In this document: positions 9,251 to 16,576 of the stretch, in pieces
Position numbering within the stretch: position 1 is the stretch's first letter
How the letters are laid out: each line of letters starts with the position of its first letter
IMG/VR virus record: IMGVR_UViG_3300037313_001474
Coordinates: 1 to 40,092 of that record
Source: a virus
Lineage: Duplodnaviria; Caudoviricetes
Length of the DNA: 40,092 bases
Reading direction: 5' to 3' (one strand)
Program-made: the position numbers and the translations under genes
Notes under the pieces: model-generated
What the model was told of the DNA's origin: nothing
What the model saw: only the letters and a program-made list of their open reading frames with translations
The model's database searches: none

Positions 9251-9511
9251 TCAGCCGGGGTAGTCGTCGCCGAGTACCTCACGGCGTGCCTTGTCGGCCT
9301 TCTCGTTCAGGGCGTTCGTGGCCCGCATCGCAGCGATCGTGAACGCGATACCCAGTACGGCGAGGACGACTTGCACGATGGTGCTGACGATGTGGATGTC
9401 TTTGGTGGCTTCGGCCACGATCAGGGCGATGATGCCGCCGCACAGCCACGCGAACCAGATCCGGAACTTCTCAACGCGGACGGCTGACTGGACGTCTCTG
9501 TAGTTGGGCAT
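9251..9511 (-). CDS. Small 2-TM membrane protein
   Basis: MPNYRDVQSAVRVEKFRIWFAWLCGGIIALIV...VVLAVLGIAFTIAAM; AGGGG RBS. Confidence 0.65.
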   Translation of the reverse strand: MPNYRDVQSAVRVEKFRIWFAWLCGGIIALIVAEATKDIHIVSTIVQVVLAVLGIAFTIAAMRATNALNEKADKARREVLGDDYPG

Positions 9512-9652
9512 TGCGTCCCCCTGATGCGGCGGCTGTCGTTCCGCGCATGATGCGCCTGCATGGACACGGCGTGAAGGCGTTGTCGCTGTTCTGTGACCCG
9601 AATCCCCGCGAAGCAGGCGACACGGACCGTTCCGTCTCGGCACACTGCCAGC

Positions 9653-9829
9653 ATGGACGACGTGGTGTACATGGTGCGCGGCCGAACCGAAGCGATCTGC
9701 CAGGAAGCCCTCAACCGGCTCTGCCAGCTGCTGGGCGCCCGCCCGACGATGCTGCCCACGGACGGCACCGGCCGCGGCTGGGTCGCCCGCGCCGTACCCA
9801 CCCACAACGCCGAGCCCGGACAGCAGTAA
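9653..9829 (+). CDS. Hypothetical protein
   Basis: MDDVVYMVRGRTEAICQEALNRLC...; probable leaderless start; followed by a hairpin. Confidence 0.55.
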   Translation: MDDVVYMVRGRTEAICQEALNRLCQLLGARPTMLPTDGTGRGWVARAVPTHNAEPGQQ

Positions 9830-9860
9830 ACCCCGCCGGAATCGGGGTGCCCGGCGGGGT
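9830..9860. terminator. Putative bidirectional terminator at the end of the tra/spd operon
   Basis: ACCCCGCCGG..CCGGCGGGGT, 10-bp inverted repeat between convergent genes. Confidence 0.6.
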
Positions 9861-9935
9861 CTACCAGGGGGAGCAACCGCGGCCCTCACCGACGGGTGCC
9901 ATCCCAGTGTCGCGCGGCTGTCAAACAACCCCCTC

Positions 9936-10355
9936 TCACTGCTGGTTGATGGTCTTCGCCCTGCGGCTGGTGATGTTCTTCTGGTGAACGGTGCCCTTGT
10001 AAATGTTGGTGGTGACCGCGGACCGGACTCGGCTGATAGCAGCGCCAACAGCGGTGACGAACATCGCGGCAGCAGCGATCGGCAAAGTCACCATGAGGAC
10101 CCCGTTCAACGTCACGGAGGCCAGACCCTTCAGGACGAGCCAGGCGCCGCATCCGAGGCCGGTGACGCCGGCGCCGACGCCGATGGAGGCGACGGCGATC
10201 CCGGCGGCCCAGGCGGGCACGATCCGTTTGTCGGGCTGGAGCACGGGCGGGGCGTCCCCGTACTCGGGTGGTTCGGTTTCGTCGCGGTAGCTGGTGGGGC
10301 CGTGGTAGACGGCGTCCACTGCGGCGATGAGTCGCGGGTCGGGCTGGACGGTCAC
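9936..10355 (-). CDS. SpdD-like spread membrane protein
   Basis: Pro-rich N-terminus, two Gly/Ala-rich TM segments and C-terminal TTNIYKGTVHQ motif; GTGA-coupled to the TraB-like gene. Confidence 0.6.
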   Translation of the reverse strand: MTVQPDPRLIAAVDAVYHGPTSYRDETEPPEYGDAPPVLQPDKRIVPAWAAGIAVASIGVGAGVTGLGCGAWLVLKGLASVTLNGVLMVTLPIAAAAMFVTAVGAAISRVRSAVTTNIYKGTVHQKNITSRRAKTINQQ

Positions 10356-12298
10356 GATTCCCCCTCGGGTAGGTAGTAGCGGACGGAGCGGCCGTCTCGG
10401 CGGGCGAGGACGCCGTGCCGGGTCCATTCGTCGATGGCGCGCATGGCGGTGTCGCGGGAGATTCCCGCGGTCTGGGCAAGCTCTTTCTTCGTGGCTCCGT
10501 CCGGGCTGGCGGCGAACAGCCGGTACAGGTCCGGCCACTGGTCGCGGCCGACGTGGCTGCCGTCGGGGAAGCGGAGCGGGGCGAAGGCCTCGACCCAGGG
10601 TTCGTCGGTGAGCGCGGGCTGCGGCTCGGTGTCACGGACGTCCGAGTAGTAGAAGCCGACCTCTTCGGCGATGTCGGTGTCGGACACGTACTCGGCGCGG
10701 TAGACACGCGGGGTGTCGTGCTCGGGGGTCTGGGCGAGGAACTTGCCCGGCAGGTCGAGCATCTCGGGCCGCCAGCCCTTCGACTGGCAGCCGGATCCGA
10801 AGATGAACGGGGCGTGCCCGGCCTCGCCGGCGCGGGTGCTGATGCGGTTGGCGTAGTTGCCGCGGGCGTCCGTCGAGCCGCCGAAGACCTTCCGTGACGG
10901 CTGCTGGGTGGCGGAGATGAACTGGATGGCGAGGAATCGGGCGATGGCGAGGAGCGACTCGTACAGTTCGGCGAGTTCGGCGTCTTGCCGGACGAGTTCG
11001 GCGAGCTCGTCCGTCACCACGAAGATGGCCGTGCCGTGCTCTCCGGGCACCCACTTACGGACCGGGCCGCGCCCTTCGGCCATGGCCTTCCGGGACAGTT
11101 CGGCGAGGATCGCGCCACGCCGGTCGCACTCGGAGCGGATCCACTCCAGCAACCCGCGGGCCTGCTCGGCGTTCGTCGCGAGGGCTTCCATACGGCCCCG
11201 CCACGGCCCAAGCTCGGGCGCGCCGGGCTTCATGTCGATGCCGTACAGGTCGACGTCCTCGCACCGGTTGAGGCGCTTCAAGATGAGGTTGACGATGCCG
11301 GACTTCCCCCAGTCCGAGGCGCCAGCGACGAGGGTGTGCCGGTAGAGGAGGCGCAGCAGGAACGCCTCGCCGTCCTCGTCCCGGCCGAGGAGGACGGGCT
11401 CACGGCAGGTCGTCACCCCGGTGTCCGTGACCTCCAGGGTCTTCGCGAGCGCATCGGACATGGCGACCTTCACGACCAGGTCGTTGGGCTCCGGGCCTTC
11501 GGTGAGGGTGAGCCGGCCGGGCGCGCCCATGTTGGCCTGCAGTTGTCCGGCGCGCTTCACCAGGACGGCAGGGGCGGTGTTCCGGCCGGGCGGGGTTTTG
11601 AGGATGCACGACCAGGAGCCGTCCGCCATGCGGTGGAAAGCGTGGACGGCCAACGGGACGGCACCGGTGAGGGCGTGGAAGCCGCGGCGCAACGCGGTCT
11701 CCTCGGGGCTGGCACCGGTGAGGCCGGGGTCGGCTGCTTCCAGGCCGAGCGCCTCGGGTACGGCGCCCTTGGCTTTCACGGTGTCGACGTGGAGTTTCAT
11801 GCGGGCGTTGCGCTGTGTGGCGAGCCACGGCCCGTACACCCCATATGCGGCACCGGTGGACAGCGCCCATGCGGTCACCGTCGGCCACGACACCCCGGCA
11901 GCAACCGCGGTCGTGATGTCGCCCAGGGCGATGAACCCGGCCGCGCCGACGTGGGTGACGAGCTGGTTCTTGTGCTTCAGGCCGAGGACCGAGCCCGCGC
12001 CGGAAGCGGCGGCGAGCGCGCCGTAGGCGAGGGCAGGGCCTATGCCGTCCTGGGCGAGACCGAGCAGGGTGAGGAGGCTGGTGCCGCCGGCGGGGGCGAG
12101 TTCGTAGCGGCGGCGGGACATCCACCGGCCGATCGTGGTGGCGCAGTACAGGCAGGTTTGCCACGCCCGTGATGACGACGACGATGACGACGACGGCTTG
12201 TAGGGCTGTGACCAGGGGATTTTGTAGGTGCTCGGCGTCGTCGGCTCGCCCGTCATCGTCATCGGGATGGGTGTGTACACCTGGTTGGGGGTGCTCAT
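10352..12298 (-). CDS. traB: TraB-like FtsK/SpoIIIE conjugative DNA translocase
   Basis: N-terminal TM helices; Walker A GASDWGKS, IDMKPG, Walker B VVTDELAEL, RFLAIQFISATQQPS; C-terminal winged HTH (TKKELAQTAGISRDTAMRAI..GRSVRYYL). Confidence 0.85.
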   Translation of the reverse strand: MSTPNQVYTPIPMTMTGEPTTPSTYKIPWSQPYKPSSSSSSSSRAWQTCLYCATTIGRWMSRRRYELAPAGGTSLLTLLGLAQDGIGPALAYGALAAASGAGSVLGLKHKNQLVTHVGAAGFIALGDITTAVAAGVSWPTVTAWALSTGAAYGVYGPWLATQRNARMKLHVDTVKAKGAVPEALGLEAADPGLTGASPEETALRRGFHALTGAVPLAVHAFHRMADGSWSCILKTPPGRNTAPAVLVKRAGQLQANMGAPGRLTLTEGPEPNDLVVKVAMSDALAKTLEVTDTGVTTCREPVLLGRDEDGEAFLLRLLYRHTLVAGASDWGKSGIVNLILKRLNRCEDVDLYGIDMKPGAPELGPWRGRMEALATNAEQARGLLEWIRSECDRRGAILAELSRKAMAEGRGPVRKWVPGEHGTAIFVVTDELAELVRQDAELAELYESLLAIARFLAIQFISATQQPSRKVFGGSTDARGNYANRISTRAGEAGHAPFIFGSGCQSKGWRPEMLDLPGKFLAQTPEHDTPRVYRAEYVSDTDIAEEVGFYYSDVRDTEPQPALTDEPWVEAFAPLRFPDGSHVGRDQWPDLYRLFAASPDGATKKELAQTAGISRDTAMRAIDEWTRHGVLARRDGRSVRYYLPEGES

Positions 12299-12588
12299 GA
12301 GAGGGCCTTCGCGGTGTAGAGGGCGCCCTGCGTGCTGAGGTTGAGGAGCCACAGGGCGACGTCGACGAGCTTGCGGAGCGCGTGCAGGGTGAGGATCAAG
12401 CAGGTGGCGATGACCAGCGCGGATGCGCCGATCGTGCGGGCGGGCGGGTTACCGGTGGCGTGCGCGAGAGTGGCCACGACCGCCGCATAGACCACAGCGG
12501 TCACAGCGGCGGAGTGGGTCCAGTTGGTGGCGCCGATCGCGGCGAGGAGGCCGGCGGCGGTGACGAGGAGGAGCGTGGGCTTGTTCAT
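12295..12588 (-). CDS. Small multi-TM membrane protein (Spd-like)
   Basis: About three hydrophobic helices; ATGA-coupled to traB. Confidence 0.65.
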   Translation of the reverse strand: MNKPTLLLVTAAGLLAAIGATNWTHSAAVTAVVYAAVVATLAHATGNPPARTIGASALVIATCLILTLHALRKLVDVALWLLNLSTQGALYTAKALS

Positions 12589-13520
12589 GCGTAGCCGCCT
12601 TCCATCTTGCGGCGCTCGCGGCGGACGGTGGCGGCGACGCTGTCTTTGTTGGCGTCGGGGCGGACCGCGAGGATGTTGCGGACGGCGGTCGCGTTGTTCG
12701 GTGTGAGGGCGATCTGTTCGCGAACGAGGTCGGTGATGCTCGGCGGTTCGCTGTTCGTGTTCGTGTTCGCCTGATCGGGTTCGGGAACAGGGTTCGGGCT
12801 GGTGAACGCCTTGTTCGCGAGCTGTTCGCGGACCGTGTTCGGGCTGCTCGGGTTGGTGTTCGCGATCGGGTTCGGGGCGGGCGCGAACTGTTCGGACGTG
12901 GGTTCGGCCGGGGCCGTGTTCGGGGCCGGCTCCGTGTTCGCGGTGATGGCGAGCGGGGCGCGGCGGCGAAGGTCACGGACGCGGTCCTGCCGCATCACCT
13001 CGATGTCAAAGTCCGTGGCGACTTCGGACATGAGGAGTTCGGCGCGCATGCGCTGCTGCCGCATCCGGATGTCGTGCTCGGCCTCCTCGAAGACCATGCC
13101 GCGTTCCATGCTGGCGAGGGTGTGGAGTTCGTCGTGGGTGAGGGCTGCGGGGTCGCGCATGTCGGCGAGGGTCAGCGCCCAGACGACCTTCGCGCCGAAC
13201 GGCAGGAACGGGCCGGCGGCGGCCATGGCGATCGAACCGCGGGCGATGCCGTGGGAGGCGAGGAACACGGCAACGATGACGAGGGTGATCCAGCCGAGGG
13301 CGGGGACGATCCACGACCTGCCGGCGATTCGGAGGCCGCGGGCTTCGGCGATGATGACGGAACCCCAGACGATGTCGGAGCCGGCGGCGACGGTGAAGCC
13401 GATCCAGCCGGTGCCGAGGAGGTCGACGAGGCTCCAGGTCGTCCAGGCCAGGGAGGCTAGCGACAGGAAGACCGCCGGGTAGAGGAGCGGCGAGCTGCGC
13501 CGCTTGCGGGTGGTCGTCAC
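12585..13520 (-). CDS. SpdB-like spread protein (4 TM, coiled coil, Pro/Asn-rich linker, C-terminal helical domain)
   Basis: LAWTTWSLVDLL...GSDIVW...PFLPFGAKVVW; architecture of Streptomyces plasmid/AICE SpdB2-type proteins; in the traB operon. Confidence 0.65.
   Translation of the reverse strand: MTTTRKRRSSPLLYPAVFLSLASLAWTTWSLVDLLGTGWIGFTVAAGSDIVWGSVIIAEARGLRIAGRSWIVPALGWITLVIVAVFLASHGIARGSIAMAAAGPFLPFGAKVVWALTLADMRDPAALTHDELHTLASMERGMVFEEAEHDIRMRQQRMRAELLMSEVATDFDIEVMRQDRVRDLRRRAPLAITANTEPAPNTAPAEPTSEQFAPAPNPIANTNPSSPNTVREQLANKAFTSPNPVPEPDQANTNTNSEPPSITDLVREQIALTPNNATAVRNILAVRPDANKDSVAATVRRERRKMEGGYA
12696..12940. repeat. Dense (T/G)GTTCG repeat tract; candidate clt / TraB recognition region
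   Basis: 17 copies of GTTCG plus 2 inverted CGAAC counted in about 245 bp, in two codon phases. Confidence 0.5.
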
Positions 13521-13687
13521 TGCTGCTGTCCCTTCTGTGATGCGCGTCGGCTGCGGGGTGCGCGCCAGGCGTAGTAGGCGATGGCGGTGGTGATGGCGGC
13601 GGGCCAGGTTTGGTGGGTGGTCCAGGCGAGGAGGGCGCATGCGGTGAAGCCCCATCTGGCGAGTGGGCTGTGGAAAGCGCGTCGCAT
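13517..13687 (-). CDS. Small membrane protein
   Basis: MRRAFHSPLARWGFTACALLAW...; GAGGAG RBS; coupled to the spdB-like gene. Confidence 0.6.
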   Translation of the reverse strand: MRRAFHSPLARWGFTACALLAWTTHQTWPAAITTAIAYYAWRAPRSRRASQKGQQQ

Positions 13688-13764
13688 GCGGGTCTCCTCT
13701 CGGGTTGGGGTGGCTGGCGGTTCTCCTTGGCGCACGTCCGGGGGACGCGCGCCGCGGTCAGCCG

Positions 13765-13968
13765 TCAGCTCTTGTCGCGGATGCTGTCGATGCGGACACG
13801 GTCCTTGTTGTGGAAGCCGCCCAGATCGGCAGCGGCGATCACGGCACGCCCGGCGCCCTCGTAGGTGCCGCCGTTGGCGACGGTGACCTCGGTGGTGTGC
13901 TGCGCGCCGGTCGCGGTGTCGGTCCAGGTGACGTCGGCGGTCTTGGCGGTGCTGCGGAACAGGCCCAT
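13765..13968 (-). CDS. Hypothetical protein of the transfer operon
   Basis: GAGGAA RBS; 67 aa. Confidence 0.6.
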   Translation of the reverse strand: MGLFRSTAKTADVTWTDTATGAQHTTEVTVANGGTYEGAGRAVIAAADLGGFHNKDRVRIDSIRDKS

Positions 13969-14048
13969 CAGGTTCCTCTCTTGGGGTGGTTGGGTGCCGG
14001 GCTGGCGGGACGGGGGGACGGTTACCGCCAGCCCGGCGGCTGGTGGGG

Positions 14049-14177
14049 TTAGCGGGTGCCGCGTCCGCCGCAGGTGGGGCAGGGGCGGAAGACGGTGACT
14101 TGGCTGCCGTCGGGGTTGATGGTGGTTTCGGGGAAGCCGCCCCGGCCGCCGCAGCCGTTGCAGACGGGCGCGCTCAT
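14049..14177 (-). CDS. Tiny DnaJ-type Zn-finger protein
   Basis: MSAPVCNGCGGRG...CPTCGGRG (two CxxCxGxG); a gene type typical of Streptomyces tra/spd clusters. Confidence 0.65.
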   Translation of the reverse strand: MSAPVCNGCGGRGGFPETTINPDGSQVTVFRPCPTCGGRGTR

Positions 14178-14371
14178 TGGGTGGCCCTGGCGGCGCGGAT
14201 GTCGGCGGGGCTGGCGCCGAGGTTTTGTGCGGTGCGCACGGCGGACTGCATGCGGTGCAGCGTGTTCGTGTCGGGCGCGGCCTGGTGGGCGTCGGCGGCT
14301 TGCGCGGCGGTCTGAATGGCGAGGGCGCGGGGGGTGGGCTGTTGCGCCGGCGTCCTTGTACCGTGTGTCAC
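14174..14371 (-). CDS. Hypothetical protein, first gene of the transfer operon
   Basis: GGAAGG RBS; ATGA overlap with the next gene. Confidence 0.55.
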   Translation of the reverse strand: MTHGTRTPAQQPTPRALAIQTAAQAADAHQAAPDTNTLHRMQSAVRTAQNLGASPADIRAARATQ

Positions 14372-14406
14372 GGCTGTCCTTCCTGTTCACGGCAGGTTGG
14401 GTGGCT

Positions 14407-14441
14407 GGCCCCGACCGGTGTGTGAGAGCCCGGTCGGGGCC
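14407..14441. promoter_or_regulatory. Leader hairpin of the transfer operon
   Basis: GGCCCCGACCGG..CCGGTCGGGGCC, 12-bp inverted repeat. Confidence 0.5.
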
Positions 14442-14474
14442 GACTTGTTGGTGCTGTACGACCGTAGCGACTTA

Positions 14475-14489
14475 TTGCGTTCAACGCAA
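14475..14489. promoter_or_regulatory. Palindromic operator TTGCGTT-C-AACGCAA
   Basis: Perfect 7-1-7 palindrome between the divergent transfer operon and regulator. Confidence 0.65.
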
Positions 14490-14509
14490 CAAGTCTGGGA
14501 GGATGAGCC

Positions 14510-15013
14510 ATGCCCGCAGACACGCCAGGAGAGGAGCAGCGCACCATGCTGTCCTTCACTGAGGCCGCCGAACGGCTTGTCGCGGACGGCATCGCCCAGA
14601 ACATGACCGCAGAAGGACTGCGGCGATTGGCACGCGACCCAGCCTCAGGCTGGCCGATCGGCCCGGACGACTACCGGGTGGTCGGGAAGACGCGGATGCT
14701 GCCGTATGACCTGCTGGCCCCGTACATGCGGGAGCGGCTCGGCAAGCGACGAGGGCGCGGACCGGACAAGACCAGGAAGAGGACCAAGACCGTGAGCGAC
14801 TCGAAGACCGTCACCATCCAAACTCCGATGCCCGACTCGCGTGCCCGCGCCCTCGCGGCACTCGTCTACCGGGAAGGCGGTCATCTGGAGATCACGCTGG
14901 ACGAGCTGCTGTCTGCTCCCGACCGGCTGGTTGTGACGAGCACGGAGAATGGCAGCATCATCCTGCGGGACCCCGCCGCGCACGAGTGGGATGGGCAGGG
15001 CGCTGCGGAGTAG
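14510..15013 (+). CDS. Putative DNA-binding regulator of the transfer module (Kor/TraR analogue)
   Basis: MLSFTEAAERL...MTAEGLRRLAR wHTH-like pattern with basic RGRGPDK tail; divergent from the tra/spd operon. Confidence 0.65.
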   Translation: MPADTPGEEQRTMLSFTEAAERLVADGIAQNMTAEGLRRLARDPASGWPIGPDDYRVVGKTRMLPYDLLAPYMRERLGKRRGRGPDKTRKRTKTVSDSKTVTIQTPMPDSRARALAALVYREGGHLEITLDELLSAPDRLVVTSTENGSIILRDPAAHEWDGQGAAE

Positions 15014-15030
15014 CCGCGTCTGGACAACGA

Positions 15031-15064
15031 GAAGCCCCCGACGCCTGGGAAGGTCGGGGGCTTC
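15031..15064. terminator. Putative bidirectional terminator
   Basis: GAAGCCCCCGAC..GTCGGGGGCTTC, 12-bp perfect inverted repeat between convergent genes. Confidence 0.65.
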
Positions 15065-15132
15065 GTCGTGCAACCGCTGCCGGTGCGCGAGCAGCTGGTC
15101 CGCCCGGCAGCAGATCCAGGATCACACCACTG

Positions 15133-15306
15133 TCAAGCGGGGCGGTCCTGTTGGTCGCGGTGTTCGTTGATGGTCTGCTGCCATTGGTTGATCAGCTCGT
15201 CGTCGGTCATGGCGTCGGTCTCGGGGTCGCGGCGCACGGAGACGATGAGGCGGCTTCCGTCGGGGTTCTCGCGGCTGACGATGCGGTGGTCGTCGTTTTC
15301 GGTCAT
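15133..15306 (-). CDS. Hypothetical protein
   Basis: MTENDDHRIVS...; GAGGG RBS. Confidence 0.5.
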   Translation of the reverse strand: MTENDDHRIVSRENPDGSRLIVSVRRDPETDAMTDDELINQWQQTINEHRDQQDRPA

Positions 15307-15495
15307 GGCTGGTTTCCCTCTGGTGGCGTGAGGGTTCATGGTGCGCCCGGTCGGCGTGTGGTTCAAGGGCGCATGCATCTACCGTTCCGGGTGGCGCGGG
15401 CGTAGCGTCGGTGTCCCCGCGAAGGGGCGCCCTTCGAGGCACCATGGCCCGCCGGCTGTAGGGGTACTGTCCGGCGGGCCGCGTCGCGTCTGGGG

Positions 15496-15720
15496 TCACG
15501 GTTTCCAGTTGGGTCCGCGGAGTGCGGGCGGCACGTCGGCCATCAGGGTTCGGGCGGCGACGTACTGACGGCCCCAGAACTGTTCGAAGACGGCCCGTTC
15601 GTGGGCGATCTGCTCGTCGGCTTGCTCGCAGGTGAGGCCAGGGTGCGCAATGTGCTGGCCGGTGTCGCAGGCGGGGACGTGGGCGACGATCTTCCGGGCG
15701 TGCAGCTCAGGCTCAGGCAT
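15496..15720 (-). CDS. Hypothetical protein
   Basis: GGAG RBS; overlaps the nuclease stop. Confidence 0.55.
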   Translation of the reverse strand: MPEPELHARKIVAHVPACDTGQHIAHPGLTCEQADEQIAHERAVFEQFWGRQYVAARTLMADVPPALRGPNWKP

Positions 15721-16069
15721 CAGCCGTCTCCTTCACGGCGGGCCAGGGGACGGCGTGTCCGGTGGCGAGTAGTTCGGTGTTGAGGCAGGCGCCGTCGGGT
15801 GCGGTGATGGTGCCGAGGAGTCGGCCGTAGTTGTCGTTGCGGTCCTTCTGGGTGCGGACGGTGAGGAGGCCGTCGGGGCAGTGCTGTCCGAACCAGTCGA
15901 TGACCCAACGCAGGGCGGCGCTGCCTTCGGGGGTGGAGAGTTCGGGGGCGTTCAACCCGGCGGCGCGGATGCGGACGTCGTGCTGCCAGACGTGCATGCC
16001 GAGGTCGATGTGGAGGATCCACGTGTCGGCGTCGACGGGGCGGACGAGACGGGCCTGGTACTCATACAC
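15713..16069 (-). CDS. Thermonuclease (SNase) family protein
   Basis: YEYQARLVRPVDADT..IDLG..RIRAAGLNAPEL..DNYGRLLG..LNTELLATGHA. Confidence 0.85.
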   Translation of the reverse strand: MYEYQARLVRPVDADTWILHIDLGMHVWQHDVRIRAAGLNAPELSTPEGSAALRWVIDWFGQHCPDGLLTVRTQKDRNDNYGRLLGTITAPDGACLNTELLATGHAVPWPAVKETADA

Positions 16070-16424
16070 GGGGCTGCTCCTGGGGTTCGGTCGTTTGGGT
16101 CGCTGCCAGCAGCGCAGGTTGGTCGAGGGCGGCGTGTACGGCTTTGAGGGCGGCGTCCCAGCCCATCTGCATGCCGCGGCCCCGCTCGCCGAGGACGGGC
16201 ATCCGGTAGAGCTCGATGGCGCGGACGCAGGCGATGGCTGCCTCGGCCTGGTCGGCGCGTTCACGCTGGACGCGGACTCGCCGTTCGGCGTCGTCTCGGT
16301 ACCACTTCCACCGGTCCCGTTCGCGGGTCGTGTCGGAGAGTTGGGCTTGGAGCCGGTCGCGCTCGTCGTACAGCTGGTCGAGGTCGTCGCTGGTGAGGTG
16401 GTCGAGGGGGATCCGGTCGGTCAC
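16062..16424 (-). CDS. Hypothetical coiled-coil protein
   Basis: VTDRIPLDHLTSDDLDQLY...; AGGAG RBS. Confidence 0.6.
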   Translation of the reverse strand: MTDRIPLDHLTSDDLDQLYDERDRLQAQLSDTTRERDRWKWYRDDAERRVRVQRERADQAEAAIACVRAIELYRMPVLGERGRGMQMGWDAALKAVHAALDQPALLAATQTTEPQEQPRV

Positions 16425-16576
16425 GTGTGTGGCTCCTGTGGGGCTGTGCGCCTGCGTGAGGCTGTGGGGAACGGTCAGGTGATGCGGGGGGCTTGTGTGG
16501 GCTGTGCGGCCGTCAGACGCCCGCTGACGGCTTCTGTGGGGCCGCGCTGGGGTACGCGGCCCCGGCGACACTGCGG

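Noticed and set aside
12168-12195. GACGAC/GATGAC microsatellite
   Set aside because: Encodes a poly-Ser run in the TraB N-terminus; in-frame, with no evidence of phase variation.
12696-12940. CRISPR array or SOS-box cluster
   Set aside because: The repeats are 5-6 bp with irregular spacing, no spacers or cas genes, and are not arranged as TCGAAC-N4-GTTCGA palindromes.
9936-15013. Independent AICE or plasmid inserted into the phage
   Set aside because: No own integrase, excisionase, RepSA/Rep or flanking direct repeats are visible.
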